A program made the translations under genes and the position numbers. Positions 38,594-49,685 of a stretch of DNA of 64,000 nt are shown here, piece after piece (the first letter of the stretch is position 1; each line of letters opens with the position of its first letter). Source of the stretch: Cyanobacteria bacterium J06626_4 (lineage in GTDB: Bacteria > Cyanobacteriota > Cyanobacteriia > Phormidesmidales > Phormidesmidaceae); the NCBI GenBank assembly GCA_038523235.1, contig JBCBJQ010000006.1, positions 63,655 through 127,654 of the forward strand, written 5' to 3'. The notes below the pieces were generated by a model, which saw nothing but the letters and a program-made list of their open reading frames with translations, did no database searches and was not told where the DNA came from.

Positions 38594-39415
38594 ATGTTGC
38601 AGGACACTTCATCCCCCGCTGTTTCTAGCACTGCTATTTCGGTTGAAAAACTCAACGTTTATTACGGCTCCAGTCTGGCCGTTCGTGATGTCTATCTAGA
38701 CATCCCTCGCAATCAAATTGCAGCCTTTATTGGGCCGTCTGGCTGCGGCAAAAGCACCGTGCTGCGATGCTTTAACCGGATGAATGACCTGATCGCAAGT
38801 GCCCGCGTTGAAGGCACCATTCGCTTTGAAGGGATGGATATCTACCCCACTGGCGAAGCGGCTAAAGACTTTGACCCGGTTGAGCTGCGCCGTCGCATCG
38901 GCATGGTGTTCCAAAAGCCCAACCCGTTTCCCAAATCAATTTACGAAAACATCGCCTGGGGAGCCCGCATCAACGGCTATCGCGGCGATATGGATGAACT
39001 GGTAGAGCGCTCTTTGCGCGGCGCGGCCATCTGGGATGAAGTTAAGGACAAGCTCAAGGAAAGTGGCCTCGCTCTCTCGGGCGGACAGCAGCAGCGTCTG
39101 TGTATTGCACGGGCGATCGCAATTGAGCCAGAAGTCATTTTGATGGATGAGCCCTGCGCCGCGCTTGATCCGATCTCAACCCTCAAAATTGAGGAGTTGA
39201 TGTCGCAGCTCAAGGAAAAGTTTACTATTGTGATCGTCACCCACAACATGCAGCAGGCTTCTCGCGTGTCTGACCGCACCGCTTTCTACAATGCGGAAGC
39301 GACTGATGCTGGGGGCAAGGTGGGGTACTTAGTCGAGTATGACGACACCGAAGTCATCTTCGGCAATCCCAAGGAAGAGTACACCCGTGACTATGTCTCA
39401 GGCCGCTTTGGCTAA
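38594..39415 (+). CDS. pstB: Phosphate ABC transporter ATPase
   Basis: [43 protein letters not shown]. Confidence 0.97.
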   Translation: MLQDTSSPAVSSTAISVEKLNVYYGSSLAVRDVYLDIPRNQIAAFIGPSGCGKSTVLRCFNRMNDLIASARVEGTIRFEGMDIYPTGEAAKDFDPVELRRRIGMVFQKPNPFPKSIYENIAWGARINGYRGDMDELVERSLRGAAIWDEVKDKLKESGLALSGGQQQRLCIARAIAIEPEVILMDEPCAALDPISTLKIEELMSQLKEKFTIVIVTHNMQQASRVSDRTAFYNAEATDAGGKVGYLVEYDDTEVIFGNPKEEYTRDYVSGRFG

Positions 39416-39454
39416 GGCTGACTACCGGCACCGATCAATTCAGGCGGGATGATG

Positions 39455-39487
39455 AAGGGTTCGGGGTGACCGCCCCGAACCCTTTTG
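39455..39487 (+). terminator. Intrinsic terminator of pstCAB
   Basis: AAGGGTTCGGGG-TGACCG-CCCCGAACCCTT followed by TTG. Confidence 0.8.
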
Positions 39488-39797
39488 TCGTTTGTTAGGC
39501 AAATCACGGCTATGGCCAGCCGCTGTTTGATTAAGTCATCCCAGATGGCTGAAATCGCCACCTCACAGACTTTTTGGATAGCATATGGTGGCCCTGTCAA
39601 CCTCTGAATGCCGTCGGGGCTGGCCCTTCCTGCAGAGTATTCTGCCGTCACTCATCTCACAGTTCGGATAAAGTCTGGCCTCCCGTGCTCACGTCGACAG
39701 GCAACCGCAGTGAGGTCAAGCGACTCCCAAGCGCTGCAGTCAGGAGCTGACCAGCATCCGCAGTCGGCAGTCGGCCTGTCGCCCTCAAAATCGAGCC

Positions 39798-39848
39798 TGA
39801 TAGCAACAGGGGAGATGAACTGTTGGCTCACCTCCCCTATTGCTATCA
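39798..39848 (-). terminator. Long 3' hairpin downstream of nfuA
   Basis: TGATAGCAACAGGGGAGATGA / TCACCTCCCCTATTGCTATCA. The two plus-strand mismatches become G-U pairs on the minus strand. Confidence 0.65.
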
Positions 39849-39876
39849 ATCGTGCATTGAGCCTTGGGTTGCGGTG

Positions 39877-40116
39877 TTACGCCACCTGTTCAACCTCAGC
39901 AATTTCTGGAATGAACTCGCGGAGGCGGCGCTCAATCCCCATGCGGAGGGTCATTGCCGAACTTGGGCAAGAGCCACAAGCTCCCTGGAGCCGGAGACGC
40001 ACGGTCGGGCCATCAATTTCGACCAGTTCGACATTGCCGCCGTCGGCCATGAGATACGGGCGCAATTCATCCAAAACGTTTTCAACGTTGTCTTGGGTCA
40101 GGGCCAAAGTCTGCAT
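39877..40116 (-). CDS. nfuA: NifU-C/Nfu Fe-S scaffold protein
   Basis: [25 protein letters not shown]. Confidence 0.93.
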   Translation of the reverse strand: MQTLALTQDNVENVLDELRPYLMADGGNVELVEIDGPTVRLRLQGACGSCPSSAMTLRMGIERRLREFIPEIAEVEQVA

Positions 40117-40197
40117 AGTTGTCTGCCATCCATTGTTCATAAGCGGATACCACCCATTCTACGAATAGAGTGGGTGATTGGGGCGATCGCATTTACC

Positions 40198-40788
40198 CTA
40201 CAAATTTTCAATGGTTTGACTAGAAACTGTCGAGGTCGGCATCAATAAAGACTCCAACGTAGTCAATACCTCTTGACTGTGAATAGCTGGACGCACGCCT
40301 AGAAACCGCTCTCGCATCACGCCATCGGGGTCAATTAGGTAGGTATGCCGCAGCGATCGCCCAGTCAGCCACGAGCCATACGCTTTACTGACACTGCCAT
40401 CCTCATCTGACAACAACGGAAACTCAATGCCTTCAGCGGCACAAAAACTCTCATGAGAGCTGACATCGTCAACGCTGACGCCAATAATTTCGGCATTCAG
40501 GGTTTGAAATTCGGGCCGATTCTCTTGAAACCGACGTGCTTCTAAGGTGCAGCCCGACGTGCCATCTTGAGGATAAAAGTAGAGGACAACCCAACGTCCT
40601 CGGTAGTCAGCGAGGGAAATTTCGCCCGCCCCCGAATTGGTGGGCAAGGTAAAAGTCGGAGCCATCTCCCCAATAGGCGGCTGTGGGCCGCCCAACGCCA
40701 ACGCCTCGGGCATCATGAGACCCCAGGTTAGCAATGCCCAGGTGCAGATACATAGATGAATCAACCACTGGCGACGAGAAAGTACCAT
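40198..40788 (-). CDS. Peroxiredoxin Q/BCP with N-terminal signal
   Basis: VVLYFYPQDGTSGCTLEA, IIGVSVD, PLLSD. Confidence 0.92.
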   Translation of the reverse strand: MVLSRRQWLIHLCICTWALLTWGLMMPEALALGGPQPPIGEMAPTFTLPTNSGAGEISLADYRGRWVVLYFYPQDGTSGCTLEARRFQENRPEFQTLNAEIIGVSVDDVSSHESFCAAEGIEFPLLSDEDGSVSKAYGSWLTGRSLRHTYLIDPDGVMRERFLGVRPAIHSQEVLTTLESLLMPTSTVSSQTIENL

Positions 40789-40849
40789 TTGCGAAGAGAT
40801 TCCTAAACGTTTGACAAAAGTCTAGGATCTAACAAATGGTCGGGGTTAA

Positions 40850-41050
40850 TCAAGAGGATGACTGCTCAAATGACAGATCATCATCAATTTCTTGGGGGAC
40901 TGACGGTCGTTTGCGAGGCGCAAATACCTGCTTGGCTAGCTGACAACACTGAGTCGCTGTCATCAGGGTGATCCAACGGCCCGAATGCGGATCACGATAA
41001 GCCCAAAACGGATTATTACGTGGTTCTGGTTTGAGCGATGAATCTGCCAT
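40850..41050 (-). CDS. Small hypothetical protein
   Basis: NPFWAYRDPHSGRW motif; ATG start; same orientation as its neighbours. Confidence 0.55.
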   Translation of the reverse strand: MADSSLKPEPRNNPFWAYRDPHSGRWITLMTATQCCQLAKQVFAPRKRPSVPQEIDDDLSFEQSSS

Positions 41051-41175
41051 GGTTCCCAGTCAAAGACAAGCCCTCTGCCCAATAGCCCCCAGACTATTGA
41101 TTTTTTCAATTGTTCCCCTTTAAGCGCGGGCGAGCCTGCGACAAATTACTGAACTTCAGCAGCACTCTTTCAACT

Positions 41176-42744
41176 ATGGTCTCGGTAAATTCCCAAAATA
41201 CGGCCCATTGGCTGTCACATCTGCCACAAACGCTAGCCGGGTTACGCGCTGTTGATGAGCGCTGGCGGCAGTATCGTCACGGCGAAATTCCGGTGCCTCA
41301 GGTCGCCAGCATCGCCGCCGAGGCCTTACCCTCAGTTGATTGGGATGTGGTCGTCAGCGGTGGCACACTCGGTATTATGATCGGCGCCACGCTGGCGCAA
41401 CGGGGCTGGCGCGTGGCTGTGTTAGAGCGGGGCACCCTCCGAGGCCGGGATCAAGAATGGAATATTTCTCGTCAGGAACTGCAAGAACTGGTCGAGCTGG
41501 AGCTGCTGAGTGCAGCGGAACTGGCGACCGCGATCGCCACCGAGTACAGCCCAGCACGCATCCAGTTTGGTGAGAGTGAGCCAGTCTGGGTCGATGGTGT
41601 GCTCAATATCGGGGTTGATCCGGTCTATCTACTCGAAGTGCTGAAGCAGAAGTTTTTGGCTGCCGGTGGCACGCTGGTGGAGCAAACAGCCTTTCAACAA
41701 GCGATCGTCCATCCAACCGGCGTGGCGGTTAAAACGACGACTGAGACCTACCAGGCGCGCTTGCTCATCGATGCCATGGGGCACTTTTCCCCCCTAGTGC
41801 AGCAGGCCCGTCAGGGCCAAACACCAGATGGGGTTTGTTTGGTCGTCGGTACCTGTGCTGCCGGCTATCCCGCCAATGAGACCGGCGATTTAATCTATTC
41901 TTTCACCCCGATTCGTCAGCAGTGCCAATACTTTTGGGAGGCATTTCCGGCTCGCGATGGCCGCACCACCTATCTGTTTACTTATCTAGATATCCATCCT
42001 GACCGCATTGGTTTAGAGGCACTATTTGATGAGTATTGGGAACTCCTGCCCGATTACCAACAAATTGCCTTGGCTGAGTTGGACATCAAGCGGGCGCTGT
42101 TTGGGTTCTTTCCCTGCTATCGTCAGAGCCCACTGCGGTATCCTTGGGGGCGTATTTTGCCGGTCGGCGACAGCAGCGGTAGCCAGTCGCCCCTCAGCTT
42201 TGGCGGCTTTGGCGCGATGATTCGACACTTGGCCCGGCTCACTACTGGCCTTGATGAAGCGCTGCGAGAAGATTGCCTCAGTGCCGAGGCATTGAGCTGG
42301 CTGCAGCCCTATCAGCCGAATTTATCGGTCACCTGGCTATTTCAAGAGTCGATGCGCATCGGCATGCATCAGCATCTCCCCCCGGAGCACATCAATCGGC
42401 TTTTAGGAACGATTTTTGGCGATATGGCAGCTTTGGGTGAGGCGACGCTCAAGCCCTTTTTGCGTGATGTTGTCCAGTTTCCCGCGTTGGCTAAAACGCT
42501 GCTGAGCACTTCGGTGAAACATCCGGCTTTGGTAGCGCAAATTTTGCCCCAGGTGGGGGTCGGCGCGATCGCTCGCTGGCTGCCCCATTACGGTGCTCTG
42601 GCCGGGTATGCCGCACTGCAGCCCCTATTTAAGGCTGCCAGTCCGTTGACTGCAGCCCTTTCGGCTGAGCAACAATATCGGTACCATCGGTGGTTAGATG
42701 CACTGCAGTACGGTACCGGTAGCGACTATAAGGGAATGCCATGA
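41176..42744 (+). CDS. cruP: CruA/CruP-family FAD-dependent lycopene-cyclase-like protein
   Basis: DVVVSGGTLG, GRDQEWNISR, QYFWEAFP, QSPLSFGGFG, YQPNLSVTWLFQ. Confidence 0.8.
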   Translation: MVSVNSQNTAHWLSHLPQTLAGLRAVDERWRQYRHGEIPVPQVASIAAEALPSVDWDVVVSGGTLGIMIGATLAQRGWRVAVLERGTLRGRDQEWNISRQELQELVELELLSAAELATAIATEYSPARIQFGESEPVWVDGVLNIGVDPVYLLEVLKQKFLAAGGTLVEQTAFQQAIVHPTGVAVKTTTETYQARLLIDAMGHFSPLVQQARQGQTPDGVCLVVGTCAAGYPANETGDLIYSFTPIRQQCQYFWEAFPARDGRTTYLFTYLDIHPDRIGLEALFDEYWELLPDYQQIALAELDIKRALFGFFPCYRQSPLRYPWGRILPVGDSSGSQSPLSFGGFGAMIRHLARLTTGLDEALREDCLSAEALSWLQPYQPNLSVTWLFQESMRIGMHQHLPPEHINRLLGTIFGDMAALGEATLKPFLRDVVQFPALAKTLLSTSVKHPALVAQILPQVGVGAIARWLPHYGALAGYAALQPLFKAASPLTAALSAEQQYRYHRWLDALQYGTGSDYKGMP

Positions 42745-43571
42745 GCCCATCTCTCGCCCGCGATCGCTTCACTCAAGCAGTTCAGCGCCCTGACGAAGTG
42801 ATCAACTTGGGTCTGGCTGCCCTCTACATCGCCCAAGAGGAATATCCAGAGCTCGATTGCGGCGCTTATTTGCGGCACTTGGATACGATGGCCGACGAGC
42901 TGCAGGAACGGTTACCAGCGGAGGCCTACCCCCTCAAAATGATTCGCGCGCTCAATCACTATTTGTTTGAGACCCAAGGCTTCACCGGCAATAGCCAAGA
43001 CTATTACAACCCGCAAAATAGTTTTCTGAACCAAGTCTTAGACCGACGGACAGGAATTCCCATTACGCTATCCCTGGTCTACTTGGAACTCGCCAAACGC
43101 ATTGACTTTCCGATGGCCGGGGTGGGCATGCCGGGACATTTTTTGGTGCGGCCCACATTAGCCGACATGGCCATCTTTGTGGATGTATTCCATCAGGGAG
43201 AAGTCCTGTTTGAGGAAGACTGCCGCGATCTCATCAGAACGCTGTATGGCGCAGACGCCAGAATGCTGCCGCAGCACCTAGAAGTGATCGGTGCGAAGCC
43301 CTTCTTGGCGCGCATACTCACCAACCTCAAGATGATTTATCTGCAGCGGCCCGACATTCCTCGGGCCTTAGCCGCGATTGACCGCATCCTGTTACTCATT
43401 CCTAACTCCTTAGCAGAACGCCGCGATCGCGGGCTCATTTATTACCGCGAGGGCAAACTGCTGGAAGCTCGCGACGACCTCAAGTACTACTTGCTCAATC
43501 ATCCTGACGCACCTGACACCTTTGAGATTCAACAGCTAATTAGCCAGATCAATATGCTCCTGGGCAGCTAA
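42741..43571 (+). CDS. SirB1/transglutaminase-like protein with TPR
   Basis: YYNPQNSFLNQVLDRRTGIPITLS, GMPGHF, ERRDRGL. Confidence 0.9.
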   Translation: MSPSLARDRFTQAVQRPDEVINLGLAALYIAQEEYPELDCGAYLRHLDTMADELQERLPAEAYPLKMIRALNHYLFETQGFTGNSQDYYNPQNSFLNQVLDRRTGIPITLSLVYLELAKRIDFPMAGVGMPGHFLVRPTLADMAIFVDVFHQGEVLFEEDCRDLIRTLYGADARMLPQHLEVIGAKPFLARILTNLKMIYLQRPDIPRALAAIDRILLLIPNSLAERRDRGLIYYREGKLLEARDDLKYYLLNHPDAPDTFEIQQLISQINMLLGS

Positions 43572-43832
43572 AGTCAGTGGGGGCGTTTTTTCTGCGGGTC
43601 AGGCAGGCCAGCTTTGCCAACTGGGTCGCGCCACCATTCGCGACCTCCATCCATATTCGACGCGCGATTGCCCATCAATCTTGTTCTGGCATTCGTGGTT
43701 ATGAGCACTCAAACATCGTCAAATAACGGCTCGATGCCCACTGCCTCAGCGCCTACATGAGCCCGTCACCGTTGAGGAGGCCCGAGTTTGCTACCGCGCT
43801 GACTCAAGAGCAGGCGGCTTAAAATGTTCTCA

Positions 43833-43862
43833 TTGACACTTCACGAAATTCTTCGGTATGAT
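43833..43862 (+). promoter_or_regulatory. Sigma70-type promoter of the str operon
   Basis: TTGACA-18 nt-TATGAT, ending about 53 nt before the rpsL ATG. Confidence 0.75.
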
Positions 43863-43915
43863 TAGAGCTTGTGAAATCAACCAAACACTCCCATTAAAGT
43901 TAACTTGACGACCCA

Positions 43916-44290
43916 ATGCCAACAATTCAGCAGCTAGTTAGAAGCGAACGTACGAAGCTAACCGATAAAACTAAGTCCCCAGCGCTCAAGAGCTGTCCTC
44001 AACGTCGTGGGGTCTGCACCCGTGTCTATACAACGACGCCTAAGAAGCCTAACTCGGCACTGCGGAAGGTAGCTAGAGTTCGTTTGACATCTGGGTTTGA
44101 GGTCACTGCGTACATTCCAGGTATTGGGCACAACCTGCAAGAGCACTCTGTGGTCATGATTCGGGGCGGTCGGGTCAAAGATCTACCGGGCGTTCGATAC
44201 CACATCATTCGCGGCACGCTAGACACTGCCGGAGTTAAAGACCGTCGGCAAGGGCGCTCCAAGTATGGTGCCAAAAAGCCCAAAGAATAG
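43916..44290 (+). CDS. rpsL: 30S ribosomal protein S12
   Basis: [31 protein letters not shown]. Confidence 0.99.
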   Translation: MPTIQQLVRSERTKLTDKTKSPALKSCPQRRGVCTRVYTTTPKKPNSALRKVARVRLTSGFEVTAYIPGIGHNLQEHSVVMIRGGRVKDLPGVRYHIIRGTLDTAGVKDRRQGRSKYGAKKPKE

Positions 44291-44429
44291 ATTTTTGCCG
44301 ATTCTTTGGTCGTGAATCTTTGATCCAATTTTTATAGGACGGGCAGCACTTGCATCGCAATGATGTCCTCCTCGCAACTCAAACGATTGAGCTTCGTAAT
44401 TATCTAGCTAAAGCATTGAAAGGATAACC

Positions 44430-44900
44430 ATGTCTCGCCGTACTTCTGCCCAAAAGCGTGTCGTTCCCCCTGACTCGGTTTATAACAGCCGTCTTGTCAG
44501 CATGATGATTCGTCGCATCATGCTGGATGGCAAAAAGTCTGTTGCTAGCCATATCGTGTACGACGCATTTACTATCATCGCCGAACGGACGGGTTCCGAT
44601 GCCCTTGAGGTGTTTGAGGAAGCCGTTCGTAATGTGACTCCGTTGGTCGAAGTCAAGGCGCGTCGAGTGGGGGGCGCAACCTATCAGGTGCCCATGGAAG
44701 TTCGCCAAGATCGCGGCACCGCGCTTGCTCTGCGGTGGATCACTCAGTTTTCGCGTAGCCGGGGCGGCAAAACCATGGCGATGAAGTTGGCTAATGAGCT
44801 GATGGATGCGGCGAATGAAACGGGGAGTGCCGTGCGCAAGCGTGAAGAAACTCACCGCATGGCAGAAGCTAACAAGGCCTTTGCTCATTACCGATACTAG
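44430..44900 (+). CDS. rpsG: 30S ribosomal protein S7
   Basis: [26 protein letters not shown]. Confidence 0.99.
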   Translation: MSRRTSAQKRVVPPDSVYNSRLVSMMIRRIMLDGKKSVASHIVYDAFTIIAERTGSDALEVFEEAVRNVTPLVEVKARRVGGATYQVPMEVRQDRGTALALRWITQFSRSRGGKTMAMKLANELMDAANETGSAVRKREETHRMAEANKAFAHYRY

Positions 44901-44996
44901 GTATCTCAGCCTGACGTTTGCCGCCTCAGACGTTTGATTTTCAAAACGATAGACTAGGCATCGTGGGCTAGTCTCGCTATTGCCAAGGAGACCACC

Positions 44997-47068
44997 GTGG
45001 CACGTACGACTCCGTTAGAACGCGTTAGAAATATTGGGATTGCCGCTCATATTGACGCGGGCAAGACCACCACGACTGAGCGTATGTTGTTCTACTCAGG
45101 AGTGGTGCATAAAATTGGTGAAGTCCATGAGGGTACTGCGGTAACCGATTGGATGGAACAAGAGCGTGAGCGTGGCATTACGATCACGGCAGCGGCAATC
45201 AGTACCGAATGGCGCGACCATACAACATTATTGATACGCCAGGGCACGTCGATTTCACCATTGAGGTAGAGCGTTCGATGCGGGTGTTGGATGGCGTGAT
45301 TGCCGTCTTTTCCTCAGTGGAAGGGGTACAGCCGCAGTCAGAAACAGTCTGGCGTCAGGCCAATCGCTATACCGTGCCGCGGATCGCTTTCGTCAACAAA
45401 ATGGATCGCACTGGGGCCAACTTTTTTCGGGTTCATGAGCAGATTCGCGATCGCCTCAAATCCCCTGCAGTGCCTATCCAAATTCCCATTGGCGCGGAAG
45501 AGGCGTTCGGCGGCGTAGTCGATTTGGTCAGAATGCGCGCGCGCATTTATAACGATGACCTCGGCGTAGACATGACGGATACGGACATTCCGGAGTCAGT
45601 TCAGGCGATCGCTGAGAAGTATCGGGTTGAACTGCTAGAGGCGATCGCCGAGACCGACGACACCCTGATGGAAAAGTATCTGGAAGGGGAGACGCTTTCT
45701 GAAGCTGAAATCGTCGCGGGGATTCGTCGAGCGGTTTTGACGGGCACCATGGTACCGATGCTCTGCGGGTCAGCCTTTAAGAATAAGGGGGTGCAGCTAT
45801 TGCTCGATGCGGTGGTTGATTACTTACCAGCCCCCATTGACGTCCCCCCAATTCAGGGCCTCTTACCGAGTGGTGGGGAAGTCAAAAGGCAGGCTGACGA
45901 CAGCGAGCCCTTTGCTGCACTGGCTTTCAAAATCATGGCTGATCCCTACGGTCGGCTCACCTTTATTCGGGCTTACTCCGGCGTGCTGGCTAAAGGCAGT
46001 TACGTCCTCAACGCCACCAAAGATAAGAAAGAGCGCATTTCTCGCTTGATTATCATGAAAGCGGATGAGCGCATTGAAGTTGATGAGCTACGAGCCGGTG
46101 ATTTAGGGGCAGTTCTGGGTCTTAAGAATACGTTTACCGGAGATACCATCTGTGATCCCAGCCAACCCGTGATTCTGGAATCACTGTATATTCCAGAGCC
46201 CGTCATTTCCGTGGCGGTTGAACCCAGAACCACTCAGGCGATGGAAAAGCTTTCGAAAGCGTTGCAGTCACTCTCTGAAGAGGATCCGACTTTCCGCGTC
46301 AGTGTTGATCCGGAGACCAATCAAACTGTCATTGCGGGCATGGGCGAGCTGCACCTGGATATCTTGGTGGATCGGATGCTCCGAGAATTCAAAGTGGAAG
46401 CCAACGTGGGGACTCCCCAGGTGGCTTATCGTGAGACCATTCGCCAGTCTTCTAAAGTTGAAGGCAAGTTTATTCGTCAGAGTGGCGGCAAAGGCCAATA
46501 TGGACATGTCGTCATTGAAGTCGAACCGGCGGAAGCCGGCTCGGGTTTTGAGTTCGTTTCCAAAATTGTGGGCGGCACAATTCCGAAGGAGTTTATTGCT
46601 CCTGCCGAACAGGGTATGAAAGAGGCTTGCGAATCTGGTATCCTAGCCGGGTATCCTGTCATCGACCTGAAGGTCACTCTGGTAGACGGCTCTTACCATG
46701 ATGTTGACTCCTCAGAAATAGCCTTTAAGATCGCCGGATCAATGGCTATGCGTGAGGGGGTCTTAAAAGCTTCTCCTGTACTCCTCGAACCTACAATGAA
46801 AGTTGAGGTCGAAGCTCCTGAGGATTTTCTTGGGGAAATGATTGGTGACCTCAATTCTCGACGAGGTCACATCGAGGGTATGGGATCTGAAGACGGCATC
46901 ACCAAGGTTACTGCTAAAGTACCCTTGGCTCAGATGTTTGGTTATGCCACTGATATCCGGTCCAAAACGCAGGGTCGTGGCATTTTTTCGATGGAGTTTA
47001 GTCACTACGAGGAAGTTCCTCGGACTGTGGCGGAGACCATCATCGCAAAAAACAATGGGAACGCGTAG
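44997..47068 (+). CDS. fusA: Elongation factor G, interrupted by a frameshift at about 45222 (sequence error or pseudogene)
   Basis: Frame 1 carries [30 protein letters not shown]; frame 2 resumes at [11 protein letters not shown]. Only 2 nt lie between the H and N codons. Confidence 0.93.
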
Positions 47069-47094
47069 GTTTAGTTTAGGGAAACGTAACGTAA

Positions 47095-48324
47095 ATGGCA
47101 CGAGAGAAGTTTGAAAGAAACAAACCTCACGTCAACATTGGCACCATCGGTCACGTAGATCATGGTAAGACCACGTTGACAGCAGCAATCACCATGGCTC
47201 TTGCGGCAGCTGGTGGCGCTAAAGCTCGTAAATACGAGGATATCGACGCTGCGCCGGAAGAGAAAGCTCGTGGGATTACTATCAACACTGCACACGTTGA
47301 GTATGAGACGGACAACCGTCACTATGCTCACGTTGACTGTCCGGGGCACGCTGATTATGTCAAAAACATGATCACCGGTGCAGCCCAAATGGATGGTGCT
47401 ATTTTGGTCTGCTCTGCTGCAGATGGGCCCATGCCTCAAACTCGAGAGCATATTCTGTTGGCAAGGCAGGTGGGTGTCCCAGCCCTGGTTGTGTTTTTAA
47501 ATAAGCAGGATCAGGTAGACGACGAAGAGCTTTTGGAACTAGTAGAACTTGAAGTCCGGGAACTACTCAGCGACTATGATTTCCCTGGTGATGATATTCC
47601 GATCACCATTGGCTCTGCCCTGAAAGCGGTTGAAGCCCTCACGTCGAATACTGCGATCACTCAGGGGAGTGATGAATGGGTCGATAAGATCCTGGCTCTC
47701 ATGGCTTCGGTTGATGAATACATTCCGACGCCTGAGCGTGACATCGACAAGCCGTTCTTGATGGCAGTTGAGGACGTCTTCTCAATTACGGGTCGGGGTA
47801 CGGTCGCGACGGGACGGATTGAGCGCGGCGTCGTCAAAGTGGGTGAAACCATTGAGATCGTGGGTATCCGCGATACGCGTAGCACCACCGTGACGGGTGT
47901 CGAAATGTTCCAGAAGACTTTGGATCGAGGCGAAGCCGGTGATAACGTTGGCGTGCTGCTGCGGGGTGTCCAGAAGGAAGACATTGAGCGCGGCATGGTG
48001 TTGGTTAAGCCAGGTTCGATCACGCCTCACACTACCTTTGAGGGTGAGGTTTACATCCTGAAAAAAGAAGAAGGTGGACGTCATACGCCTTTCTTCGCCG
48101 GTTACAAGCCTCAGTTCTACATTCGTACAACTGACGTAACGGGTGAGATTTCTGCCTACACGGCTGATGATGGTAGCACCGTAGAGATGGTCATGCCTGG
48201 CGATCGCATCAAGATGACGGTTAAGCTCATTAACCCAGTTGCGATTGAAAATGGGATGCGTTTTGCGATTCGTGAAGGCGGCCGCACAGTAGGTGCTGGC
48301 GTCGTTTCTAAAATCGTCGAATAG
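47095..48324 (+). CDS. tufA: Elongation factor Tu
   Basis: [35 protein letters not shown]. Confidence 0.99.
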   Translation: MAREKFERNKPHVNIGTIGHVDHGKTTLTAAITMALAAAGGAKARKYEDIDAAPEEKARGITINTAHVEYETDNRHYAHVDCPGHADYVKNMITGAAQMDGAILVCSAADGPMPQTREHILLARQVGVPALVVFLNKQDQVDDEELLELVELEVRELLSDYDFPGDDIPITIGSALKAVEALTSNTAITQGSDEWVDKILALMASVDEYIPTPERDIDKPFLMAVEDVFSITGRGTVATGRIERGVVKVGETIEIVGIRDTRSTTVTGVEMFQKTLDRGEAGDNVGVLLRGVQKEDIERGMVLVKPGSITPHTTFEGEVYILKKEEGGRHTPFFAGYKPQFYIRTTDVTGEISAYTADDGSTVEMVMPGDRIKMTVKLINPVAIENGMRFAIREGGRTVGAGVVSKIVE

Positions 48325-48343
48325 ACACTCACTGATTCCACTG

Positions 48344-48374
48344 GGGGAGAGTTTTACGCCGTAAAATTCTCCCC
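48344..48374 (+). terminator. Hairpin after tufA (terminator or mRNA stabiliser)
   Basis: GGGGAGAGTTTTAC-GCC-GTAAAATTCTCCCC followed by TTCGTTT. Confidence 0.7.
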
Positions 48375-48453
48375 TTCGTTTCTCCATACTCTGAACCTCT
48401 GACGATCAGAGTCCGAACCTCGAAAACTCAAGAAATTAACGCAGGCAAATTGC

Positions 48454-48771
48454 ATGGCAACTGTTCAACAACAAAAGATTCGAATTCGCCTTAAAGCCTT
48501 TGATCGACGGCTCCTTGATACCTCTTGTGAGAAGATCGTAGATACCGCTAACCGCACTAATGCGACTGCGATTGGCCCGATTCCTTTACCCACCAAGCGT
48601 AAGATTTATTGCGTGTTGCGTTCTCCTCACGTCAACAAAGATTCTCGGGAACACTTCGAAACCCGCACTCATCGTCGAATTATTGATATTTATCAGCCCT
48701 CTTCAAAAACGATTGACGCTTTGATGAAGCTCGATCTCCCGGCTGGTGTTGACATTGAAGTGAAGCTATAA
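48454..48771 (+). CDS. rpsJ: 30S ribosomal protein S10
   Basis: [31 protein letters not shown]. Confidence 0.99.
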   Translation: MATVQQQKIRIRLKAFDRRLLDTSCEKIVDTANRTNATAIGPIPLPTKRKIYCVLRSPHVNKDSREHFETRTHRRIIDIYQPSSKTIDALMKLDLPAGVDIEVKL

Positions 48772-48943
48772 AGCCTTGGCTCCTAAAGCAGTCAGTGATG
48801 CTGGGACAGCAGTGGTTTTACTGTCTCAGCGGCTCATAATTTCCCGCCCGAAAAAACGATGCGATAGAATAAAAATGCTTGTGGCACGTGAGTTGACGCG
48901 CTCAAGTCTCTAGCACTATCGCGAATTTGGCACGTTTAAATAA

Positions 48944-49582
48944 ATGCCCGCTTCTTCATTGGCTGTCAGAGAAATTCCCCTGTTCCCGTTACCTGAGCTA
49001 GTTCTTTTTCCCGGCGCTCATTTACCGCTTCATATCTTCGAGTTCCGCTACCGGATTATGATGAGCACCATCCTGCAAGGCGATCGCTGCTTTGGCGTTG
49101 TGATGTTCGATCCTGAGACTAAGCAACCAGCTCGAATCGGTTGCTCAGCCGAGGTTTTGCACTCTCAAAAGCTGCCCGATGACCGGATGAAGATGCTGAC
49201 GATTGGTCAGCAACGATTTCGCGTCTTAGACTATGTTCGCGAGAAGCCTTATCTGGTTGGACTAGTAGAGTGGATTGAGGATCAACCAACCGACCAAGAT
49301 CTCTCCCCTCTAGTGGGTGAAGTTGATCAGCTCTTGCGCGATGTTGTTCATCTGTCGGCGAAGCTGACGAGCAGAGAAGTTGAATTACCGAACAATATCC
49401 CATCGCTGCCTCAAGAGCTGTCTTACTGGATTGCCAGTAACTTATATGACGCCTCTGATGAGCAGCAGGCTTTATTGGAAATGATCAGCACCGGCGGGCG
49501 GCTTGAGCGCGAGGCGGAAATTTTGATGACGACGCGTAATCATCTCGCTGCGCGGACAGCTCTCAAAGATGTCTGGGAGTAA
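48944..49582 (+). CDS. LON peptidase substrate-binding (N-terminal) domain protein
   Basis: IPLFPLPELVLFPG..LPLHIFEFRYR. Confidence 0.92.
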   Translation: MPASSLAVREIPLFPLPELVLFPGAHLPLHIFEFRYRIMMSTILQGDRCFGVVMFDPETKQPARIGCSAEVLHSQKLPDDRMKMLTIGQQRFRVLDYVREKPYLVGLVEWIEDQPTDQDLSPLVGEVDQLLRDVVHLSAKLTSREVELPNNIPSLPQELSYWIASNLYDASDEQQALLEMISTGGRLEREAEILMTTRNHLAARTALKDVWE

Positions 49583-49685
49583 GGTTGGACCGCGATTAGG
49601 CAGCTAACTGTCTGGACTCAGAGGCAGCTTTAGAGAGCTTTTCAACGGTCTTTTCTAAGTCCAATAGTTGTCCGGTCATGAACTT

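Noticed and set aside
45201..45240. Programmed ribosomal frameshift or intron/intein in fusA
   Set aside because: No slippery sequence or inserted element is present; the sequence is shorter than canonical, not longer.
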